From assembly GCA_026003075.1 (NCBI GenBank), contig BPGO01000006.1, positions 7,928-71,927 on the forward strand: a DNA stretch of 64,000 nucleotides, written 5' to 3'. Below are positions 28,773 to 38,987 of this stretch, one piece after another. Below the pieces are notes generated by a model. The model made no database searches and was not told where the DNA came from. It saw only the letters and a list, made by a program, of their open reading frames with translations. Positions within the stretch are counted from its first letter, which is position 1, and each line of letters opens with the position of its first letter. The DNA is from Fimbriimonadales bacterium. GTDB taxonomy: Bacteria > Armatimonadota > Fimbriimonadia > Fimbriimonadales > GBS-DC. The translations under genes were made by a program, and so were the position numbers.

Positions 28773-29521
28773 CGCTTGGACGCTTTCAGTTTACCCAACA
28801 TAAAATCGCGTAGCAGTGGGGGCACATCCGTACCGATTAGGTCTATGCTGGCGTCCCACAAGACTTCCCACATGGTCGGCAGGTCGGCAGTTGCCCAAAA
28901 GCGCAGTTGATAGTCCTTGGCGTGGGCTTGTTGTACTATCTGGCGCAGTTTCGCGTGTTCGTCTTCGGGGAACGCGCCGCGCCCGTTCCAGCGGAACAGA
29001 CGCGCCCAGTTATCGCTCACCCACGGCATGAGGGTAGGCGGCGCGTCGCCGCTTAGGTCGCTGAGCCTGCCGTCGTAGCCGAGGAAGCGCACCCGCTCGC
29101 GCTGCAACTGCTCCAGCGGGATACGATTGCCTGACAGCACTGCCCGGACAGCGCGTTCCACCTTACGACTGCCCTCATAGCGTGTCACAAGGTCGTCGTA
29201 CCGTTCCAGCGTTTTGTGGAGCGCGTTATAGGTGGCTTGTGCCTCGCTTTTGACATCGATAAGTAGATAGAAGTAGGGCGCGTTGGGGTACACCGTGCCG
29301 CCAAACTGCTTTACACGCGCTCGCAACGGTTCCAGGTAGAGCGATTCCAAAGTGCGTTCCGGGCGCAACTCGCGTGGCTCGTGTCCGACCAGCAGTTTGC
29401 CGTCTATTAGAAAGATGTCTGCCTCCACGCTGCAGAACCCACACTCCAGCGCGTCCTGCAGGGGGCGCTGGCGCCAGTAGTCGTTATGTGAGTGCGCGCG
29501 GGGCAGTGGGATGGGCATCAT
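28769..29521 (-). CDS. PI-PLC X-domain-like phosphodiesterase (Ca-dependent phosphoinositide phospholipase C-like family), copy 1
   Basis: [41 protein letters not shown] is the HSHNDY...EAD signature of this family. Start taken at MMPIPL (29521), because the longer ORF overlaps the upstream gene. Confidence 0.65.
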   Translation of the reverse strand: MMPIPLPRAHSHNDYWRQRPLQDALECGFCSVEADIFLIDGKLLVGHEPRELRPERTLESLYLEPLRARVKQFGGTVYPNAPYFYLLIDVKSEAQATYNALHKTLERYDDLVTRYEGSRKVERAVRAVLSGNRIPLEQLQRERVRFLGYDGRLSDLSGDAPPTLMPWVSDNWARLFRWNGRGAFPEDEHAKLRQIVQQAHAKDYQLRFWATADLPTMWEVLWDASIDLIGTDVPPLLRDFMLGKLKASKR

Positions 29522-29538
29522 AGAGATCGCGTGTTGGA

Positions 29539-30258
29539 TTACTGAGGTGGCTTTGGGGGCGAGGCAGGCGCCGCGCGCAAGATATGCACGCGCACCTTGC
29601 GCCGACCGAAGTGGAGCGCCTGTTGGCGAGTGGCGAAGCACAGGTCGATTTTGTGTCCGCGGATGGCGCGCCCGGTGTCGGCGGCGATTGCCATGCCGTA
29701 GCCCTCGATATACAGCACCGTGCCGAGCGGAATGACGCGCGGATCCACGGCTACTAAGCCATAGCCTGCGGGCAGCCCACTGGCGGTGTAGCCCGAGCCT
29801 GTGCCGCCGCCGCTTCGATGGGGCGTATAGGCGGTGGCGTGCATCTCCACTACTTTTGTCGTGCGGAAAGATGCGCCTCTGCCCACGGCGCCACGCGAGG
29901 CGATATTCCCGTGCACGCCGATTTCGTAAATGCGTGGTTGCGGTGGCTCCAGCGTCTGCTCCTCTATCTTCACACGCCGAACCGCTTTCCCGTTGCGATA
30001 GTACACCCGATAGATGACGAGTTTCTCGCCCGGTTTGCCCTCGGCTTTCAGCACCTTATGGCGCGGGGGTAAGCGCCGATTCACTTCGAACAAGGTCGGC
30101 GGCGGCGTGAGTTCGCGCCGCTCCTCAATCTTAACCGTCTCTTTTTGATCGTTGCGAGGCTTATCCGCACAACCGAGCGCCCAGAGCGCCACGATACCCA
30201 AGCTCACCAACAGCCATCGCCACGATCCACCCCTGTTAGCGTTCCTTCGCTGTTGCAT
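29539..30258 (-). CDS. lipoprotein with G5 and 3D (MltA-like barrel) domains, copy 1
   Basis: Lipobox LWALGC. G5-like segment KVLKAEGKPGEKLVIYRVYYRNGK. 3D domain ATAYT...SGLPAGYGLVAVDPRVIPLGTVLYIEGYGMAIAADTG..IRGHKIDL. GGGAGG RBS. Confidence 0.8.
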   Translation of the reverse strand: MQQRRNANRGGSWRWLLVSLGIVALWALGCADKPRNDQKETVKIEERRELTPPPTLFEVNRRLPPRHKVLKAEGKPGEKLVIYRVYYRNGKAVRRVKIEEQTLEPPQPRIYEIGVHGNIASRGAVGRGASFRTTKVVEMHATAYTPHRSGGGTGSGYTASGLPAGYGLVAVDPRVIPLGTVLYIEGYGMAIAADTGRAIRGHKIDLCFATRQQALHFGRRKVRVHILRAAPASPPKPPQ

Positions 30259-30458
30259 AGTTGACCTCCCTTTGCGAAACCGCTACAGGCTCCGCGAAGT
30301 GTCGCCCAGGTTTGGACGGGCGTAGTATACCCGATGTCCACAAAAAAGTGAAAAACGCCCTCTATCCTTGTCCGCTTTTGGAGCGATTTCGAGTCTTTAA
30401 TGGCAGATGATACAACATACTGCTGGCATCGAAGATACCAAGGTGCAGGAGGTAAATC

Positions 30459-31148
30459 ATGGCACACACAAAACGATTCGGGCTTTCGACGGTTGCGTTG
30501 ACCGTGGCACTCTGGAGCAGTGCGTTGGCTAACAATACCCTGTTTAGTAATGATGCAATCGCATCTCAGGGTTTGGTCAGTAGTCTAACTTTGGACAGCG
30601 TCGCACCGGGACAGAATGTTAATATTAGTGTGTCAGGTAACCCGCAAGCCACGACAGCAGGGCAGTTCAACCTGACGACCAGCATCAGCAACATTACGGA
30701 AGCGTTCTGTGTTGACTTGCAGAACTTCATCTTCCTCAACTCGCCGTACATCAACAAGTACGAGCTCTATACCGCCCGAGGGCGTGTGGGGGCGTTGTTG
30801 AACCTGAAAGCGAGTTTCTTCGCTTCAGCCTCCGGCGCGACGGACCTCAACGATAGGGCTGCTGCCTTCCAGATCGCGCTGTGGGAAATTGCCTACGACC
30901 ACGCAGCAGGCAATTCCGATGACCTGAACGCGGGAATCTTTCAGTACAACCAGAACGCCACAATTGTAAACTATGCGAATGGTCTACTGAGCGCCACTTC
31001 GGGTCAAAGCGCTCCGTACTTTTACTTACGTGGGAATTATGGCGATGACCCCGCACAGGACTTGGTAACGCTGGTACCCGAGCCTACCTCCCTGATGGCG
31101 TTAGCAGTGGGTGCTGTGGGTCTCTTTGTTCGCCGACGGCGCACCTAA
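30459..31148 (+). CDS. PEP-CTERM sorting-domain protein, copy 1
   Basis: Signal peptide, and a C-terminal VPEPTSLMALAVGAVGLFVRRRRT tail. AGGAGG RBS. Confidence 0.85.
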   Translation: MAHTKRFGLSTVALTVALWSSALANNTLFSNDAIASQGLVSSLTLDSVAPGQNVNISVSGNPQATTAGQFNLTTSISNITEAFCVDLQNFIFLNSPYINKYELYTARGRVGALLNLKASFFASASGATDLNDRAAAFQIALWEIAYDHAAGNSDDLNAGIFQYNQNATIVNYANGLLSATSGQSAPYFYLRGNYGDDPAQDLVTLVPEPTSLMALAVGAVGLFVRRRRT

Positions 31149-31173
31149 CGAATAGACGCCGTATAGGACGCGA

Positions 31174-31203
31174 CAGCCCTCACCCGAAAACGGGTGGGGG
31201 CTG
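31174..31203. terminator. candidate bidirectional terminator hairpin (copy 1; the duplicate is at 37690-37719)
   Basis: CAGCCCTCACCCG-AAAA-CGGGTGGGGGCTG forms a 13-bp stem with one mismatch, between convergent genes. Confidence 0.45.
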
Positions 31204-31218
31204 TTGGCGTTGGTGGAC

Positions 31219-32256
31219 TCAAAATTGGTACTGCACGGCGCCGATTGCTCGGTGACGGGTGGTCGTTTCTGCCCACTCGTAGCCGAGCGTGAGTCGTACC
31301 CCTTGCATTGGGAAGTAGTGATAAAACAGTCCCAGTGTGCGCAGGCTATCGCCTTGTCGGGTGGTATCGGGGTCAAAGTCTTCCCAACGCAGCACTATTT
31401 GCTGGTCAGGACGCGCTTGGTAGATTGCATACACGGTGATTGCTCGGTAGTCGGATGGGGCGAGAAACTGGGGGGCGCTCACGCCGCCTGTGGGGTTTCT
31501 GTCGCGCCCTTCGAGATAGGTTCCGCGCAGCGTGAGATGGGGACGGCGCAGGCGGAGTTCCTGATCGATGTACCAGGTGCGACGGGCGGCACTGGGCACG
31601 AGGAGCGGATTATTTTGAGGGTCGCGTGTCTGGAATCCGGGTCGCTCGCCCCACAGCCCGCCGATATTCGCTTGATAGTTGCCCGTCTCATAGCGTAGGT
31701 TCAGGGACGCCATCCCATGTGCGCGTGCGCCGCGCGTGGTCGCTTGGGGGTCATTATTAGTAAGGCTGTTCCACAAGCCCACCTGTAGCATCGTTGAGGG
31801 TGCGACGGCATAATCCAGCGCGATCCCGCGCCCGCGTGCCCCCGCAAAATAGGTATTGACCAAGTTGGTACGCTCCAACGCCTCAATGCGTGTGCTGGAA
31901 GTTCGTACATCGTAGAAGAGCGGCAACAACAGTTGCCCCACCCAGAGCGTGAGCGATTCCGAAGCCTGCCATCTACCGTAAGCGTCCAGAAGTTGCGCCT
32001 CACGCGCGCTCGCGCCCCCGGCGAACTCCACCGAGATACGCCCCTGTAAATTCCGGGGATGGCGAACCTCGGCGGCGATTCGAGCCAAACGCACATCAAA
32101 CCCATCCGTGCCTGACGCATTTGCGCGATCGCTCCACTGGACACGCAGAACCCCTGAAAGGCTTACCTCAGGTGATTTGGAACTCTGCGCCTGCACACCT
32201 GCGATGAGCAAACTGCCTATGCCTATTAGAATCAACCATCGTCTGCATCCATGCAT
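31219..32256 (-). CDS. outer-membrane beta-barrel porin-like protein, copy 1
   Basis: Signal peptide MHGCRRWLILIGIGSLLIAGVQAQS, alternating beta-strand pattern, and a C-terminal ...GAVQYQF aromatic terminus. GGAGGAG RBS before the ATG at 32256. Confidence 0.55.
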   Translation of the reverse strand: MHGCRRWLILIGIGSLLIAGVQAQSSKSPEVSLSGVLRVQWSDRANASGTDGFDVRLARIAAEVRHPRNLQGRISVEFAGGASAREAQLLDAYGRWQASESLTLWVGQLLLPLFYDVRTSSTRIEALERTNLVNTYFAGARGRGIALDYAVAPSTMLQVGLWNSLTNNDPQATTRGARAHGMASLNLRYETGNYQANIGGLWGERPGFQTRDPQNNPLLVPSAARRTWYIDQELRLRRPHLTLRGTYLEGRDRNPTGGVSAPQFLAPSDYRAITVYAIYQARPDQQIVLRWEDFDPDTTRQGDSLRTLGLFYHYFPMQGVRLTLGYEWAETTTRHRAIGAVQYQF

Positions 32257-32471
32257 GGTTAAACTCCTCCTTAATTGGTTTCTTGATGGGTTGCGTTTAC
32301 CCTGCCCGAGGTTAGGTGACGGTTTAGCGAGGTGTATCAACAGATTGCGGCACGACTAAGCGTTGCAGATTCTTCAGGTCGATTCACCATGTATGCCGAG
32401 AAACAGCTGAAAGAACTCCCGCTGCGTACCCTCGTCCTCAAGAATCGCTTCAAAGGTGAACCAGCGTGTTG

Positions 32472-33328
32472 GAGGCTGTTTAGGAAGGTAGATAGAGTAT
32501 AAGCGCAATAGGAGCGTCCAACCTACCTACCAGTCTGACCCAACGCCCCAACAGTGGGCGATCATCGAACCCGTCCTCAAACGCGCCCTCTACAAACGCA
32601 AACGCAAACCCATCGGCGCACCCCGACGATACAGCCTCTACGACCTGTACCGAGCCATGCTCTATGTTCTCATCAGCGGCATCCGTTGGCGCGACCTCCC
32701 CCGCGACCTGCCCCCGTGGCAAACCGTCTATTACCACTTCCGTCGCTGGCAAGCGTTGGGAGTGTTTGAACAAGTACAACACGCGCAAGCGCGTCGGCGG
32801 GAGCGACGCGGGCAGCCCAAAACGGTGGCGGTGGACAGTCAGAGTGTGCCGACCACCCAAAAAGGGGGGTGCGCGGGTACGACGGTGGCAAGAAAATCAA
32901 TGGGCGCAAACGGCATATAGTGGTAGACTCGCAGGGGAACCTGTTCGGGGTGGTGGTGTCGGGCGCCGATGTGTCGGATGCGCGTGGGGCGTATGGGGTT
33001 TTGGACGGGGTGTTGGGTCGGTATCGTTCGGTGCAGGTGGTGATAGCGGGCGGAGCGTACGATCGGGAGGGTTTATTGGAATGGTTGTTGGGGAAGTGGG
33101 AGGTGGGTTTGGATTGTGTGAGTTGTTTGGGGTGTGGTGGTTGTTGGGGTACGGCGTGCCGTACCCGTACCGCGTCGTTGGTTGTTGTTGGGGTACGGCA
33201 TGCCGTACCCGTACTTGTTTGTCTCGGTGTTGGGATGTGTTGTGTGAGGTGGAGGCGGCTTGGGTCTGGCTGTCAGGGATACGGCGGTTGATGCGGTATC
33301 TTGCAAGCAATGGTTCCTAAACAGTCTC
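32472..33328 (+). mobile_element. IS5-family (IS427-group-like) element, copy 2 (857 bp), with no intact transposase frame
   Basis: Same inverted repeats and organisation as copy 1, but with scattered substitutions and a 9-bp indel relative to it. It lies inside the duplicated unit. Confidence 0.8.
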
Positions 33329-33406
33329 TCAGTCGGTCTTGATTGCATCGCGAAGTACGCTATGGGATTGAATCGAGCTCGCTCTCCAGGTAAAATTGTT
33401 CTGTCT

Positions 33407-34858
33407 ATGAAAACCATCGTTATCGTCGGTGCGGGGATGGGGGGGTTAGCCACCGCTGCCCGACTGGCAACAGCAGGGTACGACGTTGCTGTGTTCGAAG
33501 CGCGCTCGCAGGTCGGAGGGCGCATCGGGGAACTGCGACGCGACGGCTATCGGTTCGACATGGGGCCCACCCTCCTGATGATGCTCGAACCCCTCGAGCG
33601 GTTGTTCAAAGACCTCCATCGACGCGTAGAAGATTACTTAGAGCTGGTACTGATTGACCCCTCGTATCGCGTCTATTTCGGCGACGGCACGGTGTTCGAT
33701 TCCAGTCCGAATATCGCGCGGATGGTGCGCGAGATCGCCCGCAAGATAAGCCCCGACGAGGCGCCCGGCTACTTGCGCTTGATGGGCGACTTGAGCGCGA
33801 TGTATCATGCTGTAGTGCCTGCCTTCGTGCGTAAGCAGTATCACGGCTTGGGCGACCTATTCACCCCCTACCAGATCGGGCTGCTGCTGCGCCATCGGTT
33901 GCTCGGCAACTTGTGGAAGCGTGTGGGACGCTATGTGCGCGACCCGCGCCTGCGGATGCTATTCTCGTTCCAAACGATGTATTTGGGGTTGTCGCCGAAA
34001 GATGCGCTGTGGGTGTATGGTGTGCTGACCTATATGGAGTCGGGCGAGGGGGTGTGGTATCCGCGTGGGGGGATGCATCGCCTGCCCGAAGCGATTGCCC
34101 AGATTGCCCAAGAAGAGGGCGCACGCATCTACCTCAATCATCGCGTGGCGGAAGTGCTGATTGAAGACGGGCGCGCGGTGGGTGTGCGCCTGGAATCGGG
34201 CGAGGTGCTGAAAGCCGACGAGGTGGTCATCAACACCGATGCACCGACCGCGTATCGCGAACTGCTGCCGCCTACGCCCTACGCTCAACGCGCCTTCAAA
34301 AACTCCTGCAGCGCGTTGATGTTTTATATTGGCTACACGGAACCCCTGCCCCACCAACTCCATCATAATGTCTACTTCAGTCGCGATTTCGAGGCGAACC
34401 TGCGCGAACTGTTTGAGCAGAACCGCGTGCCCAGCGACCCCTCGTTTTACACATGCCTTTCTAACCGCACCGATCCTGACGATGCGCCGCCAGGCTGTGA
34501 GAACCTGTATGTGTTGGTTCCTGTGCCCAACCTTACAGGTGAGGATGCACGCGAGGCTGCTCCCCGCGTGTTGGAAACTGTTCTGCAGCGTGTGGGGCTT
34601 CAGCGCGAGAAGATACAGTTCGTCGAGACACTCACCCCGCACGAGTGGCAAGCGATGGGCTTATGGCAGGGCGCCGCGTTCGGGATTGCGCATACCTTTT
34701 TCCAGTCCACGGCATTTCGCCCGTCGGTGCAAACGCCGTTCCGGGACTGCTACCTGGTGGGGGCAAGCACGCAACCGGGCAACGGGATCCCGATGACGCT
34801 CATCTCGGCGGAGTTGGTTGCCGAGCGCATCCTGAAAAAGGGGCGCGGGAAGGGGTGA
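33407..34858 (+). CDS. crtI: phytoene desaturase family FAD-dependent oxidoreductase (CrtI/CrtD-like), copy 1
   Basis: Dinucleotide-binding motif VIVGAGMGGLATAARLATAGYDVAVFE, GGR...DGYRFDMGPT, and the C-terminal motif YLVGASTQPGNGIPM. Confidence 0.8.
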   Translation: MKTIVIVGAGMGGLATAARLATAGYDVAVFEARSQVGGRIGELRRDGYRFDMGPTLLMMLEPLERLFKDLHRRVEDYLELVLIDPSYRVYFGDGTVFDSSPNIARMVREIARKISPDEAPGYLRLMGDLSAMYHAVVPAFVRKQYHGLGDLFTPYQIGLLLRHRLLGNLWKRVGRYVRDPRLRMLFSFQTMYLGLSPKDALWVYGVLTYMESGEGVWYPRGGMHRLPEAIAQIAQEEGARIYLNHRVAEVLIEDGRAVGVRLESGEVLKADEVVINTDAPTAYRELLPPTPYAQRAFKNSCSALMFYIGYTEPLPHQLHHNVYFSRDFEANLRELFEQNRVPSDPSFYTCLSNRTDPDDAPPGCENLYVLVPVPNLTGEDAREAAPRVLETVLQRVGLQREKIQFVETLTPHEWQAMGLWQGAAFGIAHTFFQSTAFRPSVQTPFRDCYLVGASTQPGNGIPMTLISAELVAERILKKGRGKG

Positions 34859-35122
34859 GTGATTGGTAGACAAGACAGGTGCACACTCGGTAGCTTGTAA
34901 CCACGCGAGATCTCTACAGAAGGCGCTGCCCCCATCCCCAGCAGGAAGGTGAGAGCCCGAAGGTGTAAGAATCAGCATTTCGGGAGCCGCACTGCCTTGC
35001 CCAACCATTTTGAGGCGCGAGTGGCGCAGGATTGAAGTGAATGCGCTTCCCATCGGTTGGATTCTAATATACGACGATAGCTTTCTCAACACGGTAAGCA
35101 GCCATGGAACCTGGGTATCGTC

Positions 35123-35211
35123 ATGGACAATCCCTCCACGATGCGTGGATGGCGCGCCAAGTTGCAGAAGCGATGGGCGAACCACGCGACTCTGCCGTTG
35201 AGCGAGGCGGA
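35123..35211 (+). pseudogene. 5' stub of the MNT-HEPN gene, created by the duplication junction
   Basis: Identical to 41639-41727 and cut at the 35211/35212 junction. Confidence 0.8.
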
Positions 35212-35288
35212 TAGACGCCGATGTCGTTCAGTGCCTCTTTGACCGCCTCGAATCGGATGGGTCGGATGATTGCCTCGATGCGTTTCAT
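35212..35288 (-). pseudogene. 5' stub of glnB (first 26 codons), created by the duplication junction
   Basis: Identical to 28696-28772. Reads [26 protein letters not shown] and then runs into unrelated sequence. Confidence 0.8.
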
Positions 35289-36037
35289 CGCTTGGACGCT
35301 TTCAGTTTACCCAACATAAAATCGCGTAGCAGTGGGGGCACATCCGTACCGATTAGGTCTATGCTGGCGTCCCACAAGACTTCCCACATGGTCGGCAGGT
35401 CGGCAGTTGCCCAAAAGCGCAGTTGATAGTCCTTGGCGTGGGCTTGTTGTACTATCTGGCGCAGTTTCGCGTGTTCGTCTTCGGGGAACGCGCCGCGCCC
35501 GTTCCAGCGGAACAGACGCGCCCAGTTATCGCTCACCCACGGCATGAGGGTAGGCGGCGCGTCGCCGCTTAGGTCGCTGAGCCTGCCGTCGTAGCCGAGG
35601 AAGCGCACCCGCTCGCGCTGCAACTGCTCCAGCGGGATACGATTGCCTGACAGCACTGCCCGGACAGCGCGTTCCACCTTACGACTGCCCTCATAGCGTG
35701 TCACAAGGTCGTCGTACCGTTCCAGCGTTTTGTGGAGCGCGTTATAGGTGGCTTGTGCCTCGCTTTTGACATCGATAAGTAGATAGAAGTAGGGCGCGTT
35801 GGGGTACACCGTGCCGCCAAACTGCTTTACACGCGCTCGCAACGGTTCCAGGTAGAGCGATTCCAAAGTGCGTTCCGGGCGCAACTCGCGTGGCTCGTGT
35901 CCGACCAGCAGTTTGCCGTCTATTAGAAAGATGTCTGCCTCCACGCTGCAGAACCCACACTCCAGCGCGTCCTGCAGGGGGCGCTGGCGCCAGTAGTCGT
36001 TATGTGAGTGCGCGCGGGGCAGTGGGATGGGCATCAT
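35285..36037 (-). CDS. PI-PLC X-domain-like phosphodiesterase, copy 2
   Basis: Identical to 28769-29521 (+6516). Confidence 0.65.
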   Translation of the reverse strand: MMPIPLPRAHSHNDYWRQRPLQDALECGFCSVEADIFLIDGKLLVGHEPRELRPERTLESLYLEPLRARVKQFGGTVYPNAPYFYLLIDVKSEAQATYNALHKTLERYDDLVTRYEGSRKVERAVRAVLSGNRIPLEQLQRERVRFLGYDGRLSDLSGDAPPTLMPWVSDNWARLFRWNGRGAFPEDEHAKLRQIVQQAHAKDYQLRFWATADLPTMWEVLWDASIDLIGTDVPPLLRDFMLGKLKASKR

Positions 36038-36054
36038 AGAGATCGCGTGTTGGA

Positions 36055-36774
36055 TTACTGAGGTGGCTTTGGGGGCGAGGCAGGCGCCGCGCGCAAGATA
36101 TGCACGCGCACCTTGCGCCGACCGAAGTGGAGCGCCTGTTGGCGAGTGGCGAAGCACAGGTCGATTTTGTGTCCGCGGATGGCGCGCCCGGTGTCGGCGG
36201 CGATTGCCATGCCGTAGCCCTCGATATACAGCACCGTGCCGAGCGGAATGACGCGCGGATCCACGGCTACTAAGCCATAGCCTGCGGGCAGCCCACTGGC
36301 GGTGTAGCCCGAGCCTGTGCCGCCGCCGCTTCGATGGGGCGTATAGGCGGTGGCGTGCATCTCCACTACTTTTGTCGTGCGGAAAGATGCGCCTCTGCCC
36401 ACGGCGCCACGCGAGGCGATATTCCCGTGCACGCCGATTTCGTAAATGCGTGGTTGCGGTGGCTCCAGCGTCTGCTCCTCTATCTTCACACGCCGAACCG
36501 CTTTCCCGTTGCGATAGTACACCCGATAGATGACGAGTTTCTCGCCCGGTTTGCCCTCGGCTTTCAGCACCTTATGGCGCGGGGGTAAGCGCCGATTCAC
36601 TTCGAACAAGGTCGGCGGCGGCGTGAGTTCGCGCCGCTCCTCAATCTTAACCGTCTCTTTTTGATCGTTGCGAGGCTTATCCGCACAACCGAGCGCCCAG
36701 AGCGCCACGATACCCAAGCTCACCAACAGCCATCGCCACGATCCACCCCTGTTAGCGTTCCTTCGCTGTTGCAT
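36055..36774 (-). CDS. G5/3D-domain lipoprotein, copy 2
   Basis: Identical to 29539-30258 (+6516). Confidence 0.8.
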   Translation of the reverse strand: MQQRRNANRGGSWRWLLVSLGIVALWALGCADKPRNDQKETVKIEERRELTPPPTLFEVNRRLPPRHKVLKAEGKPGEKLVIYRVYYRNGKAVRRVKIEEQTLEPPQPRIYEIGVHGNIASRGAVGRGASFRTTKVVEMHATAYTPHRSGGGTGSGYTASGLPAGYGLVAVDPRVIPLGTVLYIEGYGMAIAADTGRAIRGHKIDLCFATRQQALHFGRRKVRVHILRAAPASPPKPPQ

Positions 36775-36974
36775 AGTTGACCTCCCTTTGCGAAACCGCT
36801 ACAGGCTCCGCGAAGTGTCGCCCAGGTTTGGACGGGCGTAGTATACCCGATGTCCACAAAAAAGTGAAAAACGCCCTCTATCCTTGTCCGCTTTTGGAGC
36901 GATTTCGAGTCTTTAATGGCAGATGATACAACATACTGCTGGCATCGAAGATACCAAGGTGCAGGAGGTAAATC

Positions 36975-37664
36975 ATGGCACACACAAAACGATTCGGGCT
37001 TTCGACGGTTGCGTTGACCGTGGCACTCTGGAGCAGTGCGTTGGCTAACAATACCCTGTTTAGTAATGATGCAATCGCATCTCAGGGTTTGGTCAGTAGT
37101 CTAACTTTGGACAGCGTCGCACCGGGACAGAATGTTAATATTAGTGTGTCAGGTAACCCGCAAGCCACGACAGCAGGGCAGTTCAACCTGACGACCAGCA
37201 TCAGCAACATTACGGAAGCGTTCTGTGTTGACTTGCAGAACTTCATCTTCCTCAACTCGCCGTACATCAACAAGTACGAGCTCTATACCGCCCGAGGGCG
37301 TGTGGGGGCGTTGTTGAACCTGAAAGCGAGTTTCTTCGCTTCAGCCTCCGGCGCGACGGACCTCAACGATAGGGCTGCTGCCTTCCAGATCGCGCTGTGG
37401 GAAATTGCCTACGACCACGCAGCAGGCAATTCCGATGACCTGAACGCGGGAATCTTTCAGTACAACCAGAACGCCACAATTGTAAACTATGCGAATGGTC
37501 TACTGAGCGCCACTTCGGGTCAAAGCGCTCCGTACTTTTACTTACGTGGGAATTATGGCGATGACCCCGCACAGGACTTGGTAACGCTGGTACCCGAGCC
37601 TACCTCCCTGATGGCGTTAGCAGTGGGTGCTGTGGGTCTCTTTGTTCGCCGACGGCGCACCTAA
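36975..37664 (+). CDS. PEP-CTERM sorting-domain protein, copy 2
   Basis: Identical to 30459-31148 (+6516). Confidence 0.85.
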   Translation: MAHTKRFGLSTVALTVALWSSALANNTLFSNDAIASQGLVSSLTLDSVAPGQNVNISVSGNPQATTAGQFNLTTSISNITEAFCVDLQNFIFLNSPYINKYELYTARGRVGALLNLKASFFASASGATDLNDRAAAFQIALWEIAYDHAAGNSDDLNAGIFQYNQNATIVNYANGLLSATSGQSAPYFYLRGNYGDDPAQDLVTLVPEPTSLMALAVGAVGLFVRRRRT

Positions 37665-37734
37665 CGAATAGACGCCGTATAGGACGCGACAGCCCTCACC
37701 CGAAAACGGGTGGGGGCTGTTGGCGTTGGTGGAC

Positions 37735-38772
37735 TCAAAATTGGTACTGCACGGCGCCGATTGCTCGGTGACGGGTGGTCGTTTCTGCCCACTCGTAGCC
37801 GAGCGTGAGTCGTACCCCTTGCATTGGGAAGTAGTGATAAAACAGTCCCAGTGTGCGCAGGCTATCGCCTTGTCGGGTGGTATCGGGGTCAAAGTCTTCC
37901 CAACGCAGCACTATTTGCTGGTCAGGACGCGCTTGGTAGATTGCATACACGGTGATTGCTCGGTAGTCGGATGGGGCGAGAAACTGGGGGGCGCTCACGC
38001 CGCCTGTGGGGTTTCTGTCGCGCCCTTCGAGATAGGTTCCGCGCAGCGTGAGATGGGGACGGCGCAGGCGGAGTTCCTGATCGATGTACCAGGTGCGACG
38101 GGCGGCACTGGGCACGAGGAGCGGATTATTTTGAGGGTCGCGTGTCTGGAATCCGGGTCGCTCGCCCCACAGCCCGCCGATATTCGCTTGATAGTTGCCC
38201 GTCTCATAGCGTAGGTTCAGGGACGCCATCCCATGTGCGCGTGCGCCGCGCGTGGTCGCTTGGGGGTCATTATTAGTAAGGCTGTTCCACAAGCCCACCT
38301 GTAGCATCGTTGAGGGTGCGACGGCATAATCCAGCGCGATCCCGCGCCCGCGTGCCCCCGCAAAATAGGTATTGACCAAGTTGGTACGCTCCAACGCCTC
38401 AATGCGTGTGCTGGAAGTTCGTACATCGTAGAAGAGCGGCAACAACAGTTGCCCCACCCAGAGCGTGAGCGATTCCGAAGCCTGCCATCTACCGTAAGCG
38501 TCCAGAAGTTGCGCCTCACGCGCGCTCGCGCCCCCGGCGAACTCCACCGAGATACGCCCCTGTAAATTCCGGGGATGGCGAACCTCGGCGGCGATTCGAG
38601 CCAAACGCACATCAAACCCATCCGTGCCTGACGCATTTGCGCGATCGCTCCACTGGACACGCAGAACCCCTGAAAGGCTTACCTCAGGTGATTTGGAACT
38701 CTGCGCCTGCACACCTGCGATGAGCAAACTGCCTATGCCTATTAGAATCAACCATCGTCTGCATCCATGCAT
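37735..38772 (-). CDS. outer-membrane porin-like protein, copy 2
   Basis: Identical to 31219-32256 (+6516). Confidence 0.55.
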   Translation of the reverse strand: MHGCRRWLILIGIGSLLIAGVQAQSSKSPEVSLSGVLRVQWSDRANASGTDGFDVRLARIAAEVRHPRNLQGRISVEFAGGASAREAQLLDAYGRWQASESLTLWVGQLLLPLFYDVRTSSTRIEALERTNLVNTYFAGARGRGIALDYAVAPSTMLQVGLWNSLTNNDPQATTRGARAHGMASLNLRYETGNYQANIGGLWGERPGFQTRDPQNNPLLVPSAARRTWYIDQELRLRRPHLTLRGTYLEGRDRNPTGGVSAPQFLAPSDYRAITVYAIYQARPDQQIVLRWEDFDPDTTRQGDSLRTLGLFYHYFPMQGVRLTLGYEWAETTTRHRAIGAVQYQF

Positions 38773-38987
38773 GGTTAAACTCCTCCTTAATTGGTTTCTT
38801 GATGGGTTGCGTTTACCCTGCCCGAGGTTAGGTGACGGTTTAGCGAGGTGTATCAACAGATTGCGGCACGACTAAGCGTTGCAGATTCTTCAGGTCGATT
38901 CACCATGTATGCCGAGAAACAGCTGAAAGAACTCCCGCTGCGTACCCTCGTCCTCAAGAATCGCTTCAAAGGTGAACCAGCGTGTTG

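Noticed and set aside
34859-35122. A possible riboswitch or structured RNA in the 264-bp gap between crtI and the MNT-HEPN gene.
   Set aside because: I saw some local hairpins but could not recognise a conserved riboswitch core (for example a B12 box or the TPP/SAM motifs). This is not supportable without a covariance-model search.
34661-35185. A 174-aa minus-strand ORF (duplicate at 41177-41701) downstream of crtI.
   Set aside because: It overlaps the 3' end of crtI in antisense. It has no motifs and no RBS, and the remaining part covers an intergenic region.
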